Origin: Bigelowiella natans CCMP2755 | Lineage: Eukaryota > Protista > Cercozoa | Direction: 5' to 3' | DNA length: 64,000 bases | Assembly (NCBI GenBank): GCA_000320545.1 | Contig: ADNK01001949.1 | Location: forward strand, 1 to 64,000 | Part shown: piece by piece, positions 25,703-39,100 of the stretch | Position numbering within the stretch: position 1 is the first letter of the stretch | Layout of the letters: each line of letters opens with the position of its first letter | Notes under the pieces: generated by a model | Seen by the model: only the letters and a program-made list of their open reading frames with translations | What the model was told of the DNA's origin: nothing | The model's database searches: none | Position numbers and translations under genes: made by a program

Positions 25703-27462
25703 ATGGATTCCCATCTTTCTTCCGACGGAGCAATGGCGTACCTGGCGCCCTTCATCGTCTACGCAGGGTGAGTTCTTACGAGTAATTCTTGACACTAGAA
25801 AAAATATGGGAAATTGTGAGCGAGGGTGATATACTCGTCCAGCTCTGGCTGCAGTCGTTGATGAACTCCCCTTTTTCGCGGTTCTCTTCTCTTCCCCCCC
25901 TCAGCTCTCTCGTCCTGCACCTTCTTCTGCCTGCTGCGATCAAGGACGGGTACAGACAATGAATCAACTTGCTCGTCGAAATTATTATACAAAAAAACTA
26001 TCAGCTGAATCATTCGTTCGGTCTTTGGGTTGTTGCGTCTGGCGTCTCATAGACTTAATCAGACTCTTATATAGGTATGCATGTTCATTCGAAACCAGAC
26101 AACCGCTGCAGTACCGACTGAATGGCCTCAGGGTAGCTAGGATCGTATACGATATATGTTTCTACTAGCCAATATCAATCTAAGGCACGGGTGCCATCTC
26201 TTTATGGGAGATCACGCTACACATCAAAACTTGTCAACTGCACAGACGCTGCCACCACAAACAATCGCAATATAAAGAAATGCTTTGCTGCGATTTCTGC
26301 AATCCAAATACTGAAGACTAAAGAGTTATGTTACCGTTAAACATTCCAGGTTTTGGTCGCTTTTGTCGTTTTTTTCGCAGTATATCTGCTGCTTCTAGGA
26401 CCAACAAAGGGTATGTGCATTCAGGCATTATTAGTAAGTAGCACCGCTCTTACTCGCACAAAGAAAAAAGATACATGCAGCGTTTCTTGTAGCCTTATGG
26501 TATACCGCGCACAGTTTTGTGCTCATATCTCTCTGACCCCGGATCTCTTTCGAACGTGGGTGTCAGGTTTCTGGGGCGAGGTGTTTGCTGCAAATGGGCT
26601 TGGACTGGTCATCAGCGCCTTTTACGCATTCCGAGCAAATCCGGACCAAAAGGTTGCTATGAGGCGATATCCGCCGTAAATACGACCTCGGCGTCCACAC
26701 CATACATCACTGACGTTCAACGAGAAAAGAATGGTAGTACAGCTGCAGCAGAGGTTGGTTTTCAAGTCGAGTGTTGGTCGGCAGCTACACGCTGCCGATC
26801 CACAATGACACCCGCCGCGTCTTTGCAACCCATGCAAGAGAATAGTGGAATATCACCTTAAAAACAATGTCCGCTAAAACATACAATCGCTCAGTTTTTT
26901 GGGCTTCGTTGCCTGACCCGAGACACCGCTGATAGCAAACGCCCACCCTCGGCAAAGGAGGTGGAGGCTGTCAAGAGTAGAGGTCGCTTGCCGCTAGCGT
27001 TTTATTTTAGTTTCGTTTCAAACAAACAATGGATGGGGGGAGGGGGGGGAGGGGAATGAAATAGAAACTTTGAGTGAGAGAAGAATCACCAAAGAGGCTG
27101 GTTGACCCCATCGGAATTAGTTTGTGTGTGCCGTAGCCGAATCCCGCAGCATGCTCAATCGATGTGTCTCGCCTCCCCATTGATGACGATCCTGGAGATT
27201 TTCGCGTCTGCCCTCAACAAAGCTAGCGCTCATCCTGTGCGGTTTGATTGGTGCCTCAGGCGTTCTTGCTCGATTCTTCTTCGGGACGGAATTCAACCCA
27301 CGGCATCATGTCGTTGCTGCTGCTGCTGCTGCTGCTGCCAACGGTGCGGGAGGATCAGGAGGCGTCGTGTTGGATGTCAAGATGTTCTTGTACATCGCAG
27401 GAGCGGTGCTGTTAATGCATAGGCATGATATCAAATATTTGAGCGCCCACGTGTAAAATATA

Positions 27463-27508
<46 letters not shown>

Positions 27509-28934
27509 TTGTCTGTCTGTGCGTGCGAGTGTGTGTATGTGCGTGTGTGCGTGTGTGCGTGCGTGTGTTTATATATACATGTTCTCGCCTCGTGTTAGTT
27601 TCTCCAAAGATTTCTTTTTCATTCCTACAATATAAAACGAATGGCCAGGTGAATTGCCAAGTGCTGATCGTGAATTACGCTGCCTTGGACATCATTGCTG
27701 CCAATAACACGTCAGACGCAGCAAGCAACAATCACACACTGAAACATTACGAAGAATAATAACATTGTGCTAGAATGATAGACGCAAAAAATGGGCTTTA
27801 TGCTGTCTTTGAGGCTCACTTATGATCATTATTGCTTAATGGCATGTATTTCATCTTCCATCTCCTCCCGTCCCTCCCCCCCTCTCTTCTCCAAAATAAC
27901 TCTATATTACTGTTTGGAATAGGCTGCGGTGTGTCGTGGCGGTGCCACTGTTCTGCCTTACATGGTAACGCGTGGCCTCGCTCACTATTACATGAAAAGA
28001 AACAGCGGCAATATGTTATCGCCAAACTGTTATCGCCAAACTTATTTTTATTCATCAACCACCTTTCTTAACGACTACAACGTTTTGTACACGTTGCTGT
28101 TTTTCGCCAAAATGGAGAACAACATACGCTTTCGTGCGAGCGTTTTATCATGAGCAAGCTCGCACGCACGCACACACACACGCGCGCGCGCACACTCACG
28201 CCGCGCACGCACACACATATACACCTATCTAACGATATTGGTGGCATATTTTGTTCCAAGGTTTTGCCTGGAGTATCTCTACTTCGAGCACATTCACCTG
28301 TACACCTATGATCTCTTCGGTATGCCCCCTATTTTGCGCACAGTAACTACCATTTCGAGAGAAGGGGGGAGGGGTGGATGGTTTGACGAAGCAAAAACCA
28401 ATGTCTACCGCGTCTCCCTTGTTTGGCTATATGTTACATCGTCAAGTACCAAACAAAAATCATCGTTATTTCCTACACTTCGGGGTATTCAATTAACATG
28501 AGTTTCACGTGCTATATCTCTATGCTGCAATTGGAGTCCTTTTAACTGCTATTCTCTCGAATTCGCGATGTGGGCCCCTGTGTTGTTTTGCGACCTCGCA
28601 TACGCACATACATTGCTACCGCATTTTTCACTCTCGAATGACACATCGAGAGGAAACTGACCTGTTTTTATATATATTGTTTCTGGCAAACGTCTCTAGC
28701 CGAGCGCGTGGGGTTTAAGGTGAAGACTTTTCTCTTTCTTTTTCTCTCCTTTTCTCTCCTTTTTTCTCACTTATCCTTCTGCCCAATGTCTGCTCATATC
28801 ATATTGTGCACCTCCAAATGCGAACGATCTTAACGAATTAGCTTTGCTGGGGGTGTTTGGTCTTCTACCCTTACTTCTACTCAGTTCCAGTCGTTGCAGT
28901 GTCAGGTCAGAGTACCATAATACACATGTACATG

Positions 28935-28971
<37 letters not shown>

Positions 28972-29760
28972 CAACTTGATTTATCATATGTGCGCTTGTA
29001 CGTATTGATACTAGGTCAAAACCTGGGGCGAGACGCTTCTTTCTCTGTCGCTTTATTTTCAATGTAAGTAGATTTTATTGTACATCGTGTCGCACATTTT
29101 CGCATTCTCCCAATCCCCTCCCTCCCGCCTCCCCCACACTCTTTCCCTGTTTCTGTTTGTGTCTATGTGTATGCACTTGCGTGACATACTCTGCACTATT
29201 TTCTTGTTTTTTATGCGCTTCGCTCTCCGAAGCCTATTGTTCTATTTGGGATGGATCTTGACGAGAGGTGCGGCATTGGTGCCATTAGCAATAGCAGCGC
29301 ATGTAGAATACTTGTGCAGATATAATAGGAAGAGAGGGGGTAGGGAGTAGGAAGGGGCTGTAGTATCTCACTATAGTACATTATCGCATTTACGGGTCTT
29401 TCGCACACAAGCCACGAATCTTCATCCACATGTCAATTTCGCTATAACAATACGAAGAGCATGATGAAAACCATTTTTACGCAGGAGCGAACTACCAGAA
29501 GTACTGCCTCAAGGTAGAAGATAATTCATTTGTTTTGTAAGATCCGCTTTTTTGCCGCAAACCCCTTTTCTTCCAACCTGCGTCCATAGTCGCTTCACTC
29601 GTCTTGAAACGAAAATTTGAATGGGTACGCTGCTTCTCGTGCCGTTCTTTTCAGGCGTTTCCTCGCCAAAAAACCTGCTTAGGAGGCATGGTCAACCAAG
29701 TAACAGGTGTATCGAGTATTCTCGTCTACTACAAATCAGAAAATACCGCAATATTTGTAT

Positions 29761-29799
<39 letters not shown>

Positions 29800-31063
29800 T
29801 ATATATCGCTCTATCATTTTCTCGTTGAATATGCCTTTGCATATTTATGCAGTTGCGGGTAGCAATGGCCGCCTGCTTTGCTCTGGATTTTGGCGGTATA
29901 GTATTCGTATTGCAATATATGCGTGTTGACCTCTTCGGGGGATATCGTCGTTGTTTTGCAATTATTACCGTTTGATTGAATCTTGATTGTATGCGGCGAA
30001 TGAAGCTTGTCCTTTGCAGAGTGAAATATTTGGTTTCATTTTCGTTTGATTTTAGGTTCTCTCGCCATCTGAATTACCTTGGAGAGGTGGAAAAGTCCCA
30101 CGATATGCATTTCCAATATTAGAGTTTCATTTTACTACAAACGTTGCGCATGCTGCTTCGATTGTTGGCAATGTTAGAATGTATGTGTCATTCGATCAGC
30201 CAATCGCAGCATGTGATTAACGCGGTTAAAGACTATTGATAAAGAGCAACTGTGATGCATGCACGAACCTTACTGATTCAACATCTTCTTCGTCGATTCA
30301 GATCCTGCAAGCTCTAGCTGTATCACTTCCTTCTGCGTCTATAGGTAGAGCACACGATTGTTGCTCCTATTATCTTTGTCCTTTTTGTTAGCCAAAACAA
30401 TAAGAAAGGTTGAAGGGTGCTGAACCCATGCGGCCTTCTTTTTCTGCAATGATGAAGCTGCTTTGTCCGTCCACGCTGCACCACACTCATCGCAGTCGCT
30501 GGATGTTTACCCCATGTTCCTTATTTAGAAAGACTATTCAAGTGTAGTCCTCGTAAGATGTGTCATTATCATCAGGGGTGTGTTGGCCTTTACTCTACCC
30601 TCTCTACTACGTGCTGCTATTCATCGGCCGTGAGCAGGATGATGCCGCCATCTGTGCCGCGAAGTCAGTATTTTCACGCACTCATTTTGTTCTTCCGATG
30701 ATTCGTGTTACGTAATTTATTCTCTCTTCTCGTAGTCTAGCAATGCCCATCCTAACCGTCCTGTGCCGCTTCTTGACGCCTCGCAGCCTAGCTTGCCCCT
30801 ATCCCCCCTCTGCCCCTTCTCTCACTCTTTCTCTCGCTCTCGCTCTCTTCTTCTATATCTCTCTTTGCAGAGCGTCTTTTTTGTTTTTGTAGGCGGTATA
30901 ATAAGGAGAGATGATTTTGTTACTATTCCTGTCTACTACCGATTTGTTCTTTTTGGTCAAACGTTGATTTCTTTACTTGGTGCGTTGCTTCATTAGATAT
31001 GGTGCCGCGTGGGACACGTACGTTAAGACCGTACCTTGGAAGATAATTCCGTATGTTTATTAA
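25703..31063 (+). CDS. ERG4/ERG24-family sterol reductase (many exons)
   Basis: Spliced motifs: LHLLLPAAIKDG/YAC, LQYRLNGLR, FFFGTEFNPR, DVKMFLY, EYLYFEHIHLYTYDLF/AERVGFK/LCWGCLVFYPYFY, TRG/ANYQKY, LLCSGFW, SRHLNYLGE, YPLYYVLLFIGREQDDAAICAAK/YGAAWDTYVKTVPWKIIPYVY*. Confidence 0.92.
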
Positions 31064-31119
31064 GACAGCCGCGTTATATGCAGAAGTTGTGTTTGCATCA
31101 AAATCTAGAAATGGTAGCA

Positions 31120-33200
31120 ATGGAAGCAAAAGCACCAACATGGCAAGCAACAAAACGAATGAACTTGAGGAATCCTGCACAAAACACATGCATGCGCAGC
31201 CCAACGCACATGCACATGCCTCAGAAAGCCTGTCACACTGCCCACAAGATCATCAAGGCAAATGCGCAAGCATGCAAGCATGCAAGCATTGCACAGGCAA
31301 ACGTCGTGCACACTGTCAGCGGTGTGGCCGCGCCACCCACGATTGAGGTGCTGTCTCAGCATGCGCACCCTCACTCGTGCTGCACGCTGCGCTGCGCATA
31401 TGCGCATGGAAGTTCTCAGAACTTCGGGAATCTTCGAGAAGCTTCGAGAATCTTTCAGAAGCTTCGAGAACATTCCGGAAGATTCGAGAATCTTCCAGAA
31501 TCTTCGAGAGCATTCCGGAAGCTTCGAGAATCTTCCAGAAACACTCGAGAGAATTCGAGAGAATTCTGGAAGATTCGAGAATCTTCGCGAATGCGCCGGA
31601 ACCCAATGCGCACATGCACGCAGCGCAAGTCACAAGTCATCATCAGAATTCAAAAGCACACGAGACCGCGTGTTGACTTTGTGACATCAACAACACAGTC
31701 CCGCGCACAAAAGCCAAACAGCTGCCGCTAGTCCGCTGAAACACACGTTGCATGCAACTGCTGCTGAAGCTGGTGAACCATTCAAAACTGGAGCACAAAA
31801 CTGAAAGCCAGCGCACTGCCCAATGCAAATGCACGCGCTTGGCGGTCATGACCGACTGTGCAGGGTTCAGTGTTTTGTTGTCAAAACTTTTGTCAACATT
31901 GACGTCAAATTGAAAACATCACGCACACAGCAAGCAGCGCATCTGTCAGCTAAGTGATGCACTTGCTAGCTGGTGGAAGCACACGCGCGCGAGCTAGCGA
32001 GGCGCCCTGCTAGCGCCGTCTGACCTAGCAATGAAACAAAAAAACGAACACAGCTCCGTCAAACCTGCAACGAATCGCCAGAACATGCATTTGGGAGCTT
32101 TTTGCGCGCGACCAAGCGCGTCATGTGATGCAATGGACATTGGATTTGCTCGCATTTCTTTGCAATTTTTCGTGCAAGTCACATTTGGTCAAACACACGC
32201 GCAAAAGCATTCAAAATGTGGCAGAGAACGAACGCGCAGCGTGCATCCTCTGCACAACGGGTGTGAATTTTCACAATTTGCGCGCTCACTGAGGCCTTGA
32301 AAATGGACGCATTTGGGTCAACGCTTCGGTCATTTTTTGAGGTTTGACCATCGGACAAGTTCTGATGACTTTTCTTTGACCAACTGCAACTGTTTGCTGC
32401 TTCAAAGCGCTGCACTGTTCACAACCTCGTTGTTACCGGGTTTGACGGAGCTGTGAATGAACGAGGCTGCATGCATGCGGCGGCACGTGCGGTGTCGCAA
32501 GATGCAATAATTACTGGTGTACATGCACCAGTAAGAACCATCGCCATGGACATGAACTTCCAAGAGTGCGCACAAAATGCACACATTGCGCAATGCTAGA
32601 ATGTGATGACACGCACCCGTTGATCTAGTGATGTGAAGCAACGAACGTAACAAGCCAGCATGCATGCTATGGTGTTGCTGTCTAGCTGTGTGAAAAAATT
32701 CTTCCTTCAATCTTGCAATCACAACAAACATCAGATTTGGACAGATGAGAAATCTGCAATGGAGACATGCTAGCATGTCATTTAGATATTTCATGTCCAT
32801 CATTATGCTAGCATGCGTTTGAATTCATCGTCGACACACGAACGCTAACATGATGAGTTTCACTCGACTAAAGAGACACACTGCGCAACACGTTTGCGTG
32901 GAGGTGAAACTGATGGAAAACTAGTCTACAAGGTGGAGTCGCAGTTGCCATAATCTGTGTCGTCGCAATTGTACTCACAATCGTCCTCTGCGCTCCAACC
33001 AACAAACTTTTTGATCAGCTCCGACGCACTGGGGCGCTTCTATAGGACAATAACAAATTATAGACACAGCAACAATTTGGGCACCACATCACACCACGTT
33101 GCCTATTGCACAACACCATGTGAAGAACAGAAAACAAAAATCATCACACGCGCACGCACTCAAAAGTGATGATGATGGATGGCGAATCAACCACACCGCA
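31120..33200. other. Strongly TpA-depleted intergenic domain between convergent genes
   Basis: Only 7 TA counted in 31120-32430, 5 of them in CTAG. Depletion fades toward about 33200. Confidence 0.85.
31408..31591. repeat. 10-bp minisatellite of nGAAnnTTCn units (heat-shock-element-like array)
   Basis: About 18 decamers, such as tcttcgagaa/gcttcgagaa/cattccggaa/gattcgagaa/tcttccagaa. Confidence 0.85.
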
Positions 33201-33324
33201 CGACTCGCCACGCGCGTTGCTTTTGCGCGGACAATCTCTCTCACCGTTGAATCGACAATGACTCCTCCACGAACGTTGTCCCCCTCCTAAACAACAGCAT
33301 CTCGACTCAAAACAGATGACGTGC

Positions 33325-34032
33325 TTAGAATGCATCTATTGCGAGAGAGTGTTCGGAGAATGGCCGACCTACCTTGACATCGTGATCAGCAGCAGATTTT
33401 CCCTCTAAGATTTTATTTTTCAGCCTTTTGAGGAGACTATTTGCACACATCCGTGGGATACCCATTTCACACAAAAGGGCCACGTCGGAATCTTCTAGCA
33501 TCGAGCATTCCATTTCCTCCTCGCGAACCACCTGCGACCGAGCCGACAAATCGTTCGACAACATTAGTCAGCAGCGGGCTCACAAAAGGAGGAAATCCAC
33601 GTTGGGGAGAGGGAGTGAGGAGATCCTTGCTTGGGAATTCTACTCACAAGTTTGACTCTTATCATGATGTGAATGGTACCTCGATGCATTTCGCCCATTT
33701 CTTGCTTCCTGCGTTGGCGAACGTCTTGATGAAGTCCACGATGTCCTCATGGTTCCAGTCTGCTACTGCTTTTTCGTTTCCATCTTTGTGCCGGTTAGAG
33801 TTCTTGGGAACATGTGCGTATACAACGAGTCATATTGGGAATGGAATGTGTACATGTGTGGAAAGGGAGCTTCCAAGAACCTTAATGCTGAATTGGAAAC
33901 ACAGGCTCAACAACATCTCTGCTCGAGCAGGCACCTCAGGGTTATTAGGGATCTGAAAAGCAATACAAGCTTACTCCTTTTATTCCTTAAATGTATAAAT
34001 AAATATAAATAAATATTTGTACATATTAGTGT

Positions 34033-34082
<50 letters not shown>

Positions 34083-35825
34083 CAGATCTAGGCAGTTGCG
34101 CCATACTTGTATGGAAGCTGATCTTTAATTGTCCCGCGTATTATTTTTCCTTCTTTAGACTCAGCGGTACTGCCTCTATCTCGGTCCTGATACCAAAACA
34201 CACACAGAGAATCCCTTGCGTACACATGATTGCATACGTTATTTTTTTCTTCGGTCTCCTTTCGCATTTGCACTATCTCTCCCGTCTTTCCTCTTACCTT
34301 TTTTCCTTCGTCAGTCCGCTTTCGTTCCGCTTCTTCGGCCTCTTTCTTAGCCTCTTTCATCATCTCCTCAGGTTCCTTCCGCTTTAGGTGAGCCTCTTTG
34401 GCCTTTTGCCTGGCGTTCTCCTCAGCTTTTATACGCGCTTTCTGATTGCTTAGGAATGCCACGATATTTGAATGACCTCTCTCCTTAGCCCGATCTAACG
34501 CTGTTTTCCCTGTATGACATCAATGCACAATTTGTAGTTGAATGCAGCAACGTCAGTGCATCAATCAAAGCAAATGAGCCGACATCTATTAAACCGTTAC
34601 CAACACTGCAAAATTTACTAGGAAGCGTCTCTCAACCAAATTAACCCCTTCATACCCTTTCAAAATTAGAGACTCTGTCTTCTCCATCCACGCTTTCCAC
34701 TCGTCTATGATAATAACTATCACCCCACAACTACTATTAAGTTTACTACTGCTGCGCACGTTTTCGTCTATTCAATTTGATTTTTCCATCCCAAACAATT
34801 TGAACGATGCAGCAACAATTACTATCGATTCTTTAATTATCCGCACTTTCTATCGCCATCATGAACATTTACTACTGTTCAGTTCATAATTCTCTTCCTC
34901 ATTTACTTCTAATCGTTTTCTTTAATCTATCATCCACATGATAAAGATACTATTCCGTAACCTTTAGTGCGACAATCACTAGCAATCCTACTAAAGCTTC
35001 CACTTCTTCTCTCACACCAAACCAATACTATTCACCATCATCTACCGTCCCAACCCAACACAAAGCCACCACACTGCAGCTTATGTACGCACCGATCTGC
35101 TCTATACGATGACTTTCTTGCAATCTCACACTACACTACGCACCCAACGCTCACTGCCTCCTGGGTAATTCATACCCTTACTGTTAACTCACACACACAT
35201 CGCTTTTCCTACCAGCTACTGACGCTGTTGGTAGCCGCTGTTGCTAGTGAACGTACCTTTCTTGTCCTCGGCCTCAATGTTTGCCTTCATCCCAACAAGG
35301 GACTTCAACACATATAGCTTGCCTTTTCTGGCGGCATGACCCAACGGCGTGTTACCTAATGGAGACCAATGACCCAAATCGATGCTAACAGTCAGACAGT
35401 GCAGAACATCCTCATCAAAACATAACAATATTTATAAAAATATCAATCGATAGGCATCCCTCTTTTACATTCTAATTTCGATACTAAAATTTCTACTCAA
35501 TCTCAAATTTCACCGTTCGTGTTCCCGCACTGTTCCTTCATCCAAAATAAAGTTACATATTCAATAACTTATTTCCTCAAAAAACTGATTCCGTTTCCCC
35601 GATGCCATTCTTAACCCTTCTACCCTCCCCTGGCCATTGCAAAATCTTACACCGTCCCTCACACCACTAGTTTGCTACTCGTTGTTGACAGCTGCCGCAT
35701 GTATATTATATTAGCTTACCATTATCATCCCGCTCCTCGATGTTACCTCCTCGTGATATCAGACGCTCCAGACGATCGATATCATTGTCGTGCACAGCCT
35801 TATGGATGGACGAATTGCTCCCCAT
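33325..35825 (-). CDS. Ankyrin repeat - coiled coil - SAM domain protein with N-myristoylation motif
   Basis: Ankyrin repeats MGSNSSIHKAVHDNDIDRLERLISRGGNIEERDDN/GNTPLGHAARKGKLYVLKSLVGMKANIEAEDKK/GKTALDRA, then an E/K-rich coil, then SAM-like VADWNHEDIVDFIK...VVREEEM...LLCEMGIPRMCANSLLKRLK. Confidence 0.8.
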
Positions 35826-36179
35826 GGTTGGTTTGTTGTTTGTTGTTTGTGGGGATGGGATGCGGCTACAGTCTCTAGCCCGGTGGGGCTTTGTGTGTGG
35901 GGCTTTGCACGTGCTCTGGTAACGCTAAATGAATGATAAAAAATAAGTTTTTTTTTTGGCCTACATTTAACACTCTAACTTATGCCCAGTACATATCTTG
36001 TCGCATTGGAAAGATCCCATATATTTTCAGTAAGATTTCAAGTCTATCAAGATTTCTTTTGTGCGACATACTAATTCACGCCGGAAGGAGAGGAAACTCA
36101 GCATGGTTTCTGAAACGGTGCTCGAATTTGTATATTTTTGAGAACGTAAAATTGCATTATATTTCCTAGAGCGACAACC

Positions 36180-39100
36180 ATGAACACCTGTCGTACGAAG
36201 TTGAGCTACGTAGACAAGTGGTGCGGTTGCTCCTCCCCGCTCTGTCCAAGGTCCACAATTGTCCGAAGCTAGAATTTGTTCGATGCGTTCGTTTGTGTGT
36301 TGTTATGACGTGCACATGTCATGTTGTTGGGGCGCTGCTGGAGAAATTGGGCTAGTCGAGAATGATGACGATGGTGGTGATGATGAAGGCGGTGATGAGG
36401 ATAATGATAATGATGTTAAATGAAACTATAGGTTCCATGGCAGCGCTTGACCAGCCTTCCGTGATTGTTCACGAGCCCACGGGGAAATTCTTGATTCCAG
36501 GGCCTTCCTTGTCATCTGAGATATCGGTGAATATCGACAAATCAGCATGAACTAACTTCCGCACACGTGCTTAAATCTGTAATGTATCGCATATGTGGTA
36601 CATGGTTAATCATGCGGGCCTTGGAATCAGTTTCTTAAGTTTTCCTTCCACAACACAATGAAGCATTTAGAATTCGTTCCTATGTAATAGATCGAATACA
36701 TATGCGAGAGAGCATGTGCGCGGGCAAACCCACACACACACACACACACACAGTGAGAGAGAGAGAAAGAAGACAAGCGAAGTGAATAGGAGACAAGAAT
36801 CGATGGGATGAGAAACCTAAATCTAAAAGTTTAAGATTCAGGATGTCTTGTTTAGGTAATGTTGGATAACATTTAGGCCCCATTTAGTGAGAAGTACCAA
36901 TGGATTCACGACGAAGCTCAAAGGCTAAGCAACGTTGCGTCAGGCAAAGCAATTGATATCCCAGGTCACCATGCGACACGCATTATTTCCAATGGCACAT
37001 CCATGAGCCTCCACTTATCGAAAGGCTCAAGAACGAGGCCTGGGACAAAGTTGATCATGTGGGAAAAGCACGGCGGCAGAAATCAAAAGTGGAAGTACCT
37101 TGATGGTTAGATTTTGCCTCATTTTCAACCACCTTACGCAAGCGCTATTAGCACCATAATGGCTATCCATGAACACTATTTTTGGCTTCAAAGGTTTGCT
37201 GGTAAGCGAAATGGACCACAGTCTTTGCATCCATTCGAATGACGAGAAAACCATTGCCATCGAGAAAATCAAAGAGAAAGGGTGCGCATTTCAATATCAA
37301 CAAGGACTACAAAAATTGCATGCACAATCTGATATTTAATCATTTCCCTCTAAATTTTGATTATCTTTAAAATTGCTTCGGGCGATAATGCCGATGATGG
37401 AAAAGGTCTGCATTTAAAATTATCGGACTGGCGGAAGCAAACATCATGTTCCTTAGAAACAAGCCGCTCCTTATCATAAGGTAGTTTCCTTCAATGCATC
37501 CGGTCTTCCTGCAAAGCTAATACTTGCGTCATCTGAATATTCGTGTTGTCTTATAACGTCAGCAAGAAAACCGGACTAGGAATTGCAGATATTGAAGGAA
37601 AATTGGTTTCGAGGGATTGCCCAGGGAACAACACCTCGGTCGAGAAGAAGGAGGAAAAAAAGGTGAGAAAAGGACATTTCTTTCCTACGGTCTATCTACC
37701 CACATGCATCTGATCTAGCGATGACGTTTGTTCTTGAATCTTGCACGCAATTAAGATTCTGGAAGTAAGGGAGAACAAGAAGATTTACATTGAAGGGGGG
37801 CCATCATGTGTGGTCCGAGCTTGGTATGGATCCGTGAAAGACGATTGGGAAGGTTAGGATATCTAGCAATGCACGCATTATCTCAAACCGAGTATGAATA
37901 CGATTTAAACGTGACTGATAGCATGCATGGTTGGTTTTTCATTTCTCATCAGGCAAGGGGAAAGATGTCACCGATATTCTAAAAGACAAAATCAAAGACA
38001 AGCTGTGGTGGATAGTGGCTGGGAACAGCTATTTTGGGGATCCCGTTCCTGGAAAGCCAAAGAAACTCTTGGTGGAAGTCGTGGTCTCTAATCTATGATA
38101 TATTCATCAACATCTTTGCACTCCAAACCCCAATGCAATCGAACCCTAAAGCAAGTTGTGTGCCTCGGGGAAAAGGTGAAACCCCCAAAACAGTCCTTCA
38201 AGTGTATGGAGGAGTTCTGGTGGATATACGACAGCAGCGATCGCATAGTAAATTTCAAGGTCCTGTCCGACAACTTTGCCGTCATATCAACACCATAAAT
38301 GATCTCCAGCATTCTGTATTGTATCTTTAGAGGAGAGCAAACTTTCTGATGGGGAACTATGTATACTGCCGCAAACAATTGAGCACATTACTTAATATTT
38401 AGACCAAACGTGCGATCGATATACCAGGATCCAGGAGAGGGCCTGGAAGCTTAATCGTTTATTCCCATCTGCACGGGGGTGCAAACCAGCAGTGGGTTTA
38501 TAAAGAGGGGATTTTCCAAAGCAAGTATACTCAATTATCCCAACACAGCAGCACTCACCTTCTCTGAGAAATGCTTGTATTGAAAGACTGGATCCATCTC
38601 TGGTTTTCGGCATCGACGAAGACGGGTCGGTGAGTGTGCACAAGAAAACAACGGGTGAAATCGACGATGGGATTATCTTTGAGGCACGCCCGCTGGAAAA
38701 TGCTCTGAGAAGCGATAACGAATCATTGGCTGAATTCCTTGCCAAGCAGACAGCCCAACCAAAAGATATCAAAGAAGTGGAGAAAGCTTTGAAATCCATC
38801 AAAGACAAGATGAATGTCAATGTGAAGTTTGTGGACGCATCATTTCCGCCCAATGCAAAAAGCATGGGCTTCAAGGAATCTTCAGGTACACGAAAGATTT
38901 CGATTTCCCCCCCATCGTGTGGTATATACCTCCACGGCGATGTTGTTGAACTGGCACCATCATAAATCTCACAAGCTCAAAGACTTCCAAGGAAGACAAC
39001 AAACCGATAAATAGAAGCCCAAGACTATATATGAAACATGCTTGTAATCCGTACGAAATACCACAGGAAATGAGCGAGACCGTGAGAATGTGAAGAATAA

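Noticed and set aside
25690-25712. GGGATTCGAA resembling a reverse tRNA T-loop
   Set aside because: No cloverleaf can be formed, and it overlaps the sterol reductase start.
31408-31591. CRISPR-like array
   Set aside because: Contiguous 10-bp tandem units without spacers, in a eukaryotic context; no cas genes.
31036-31731. 231-aa ORF and other Cys/His/Met-rich ORFs in TpA-poor domains
   Set aside because: Loss of TA removes TAA/TAG stops and inflates ORF length; no transposase or RT motifs were found.
32001-32030. Helitron-like 3' end (ggcgc-loop-gcgcc hairpin followed by CTAG)
   Set aside because: Only a 5-bp stem, CTAG is locally common, and no 5' end or Rep/helicase remnant was found.
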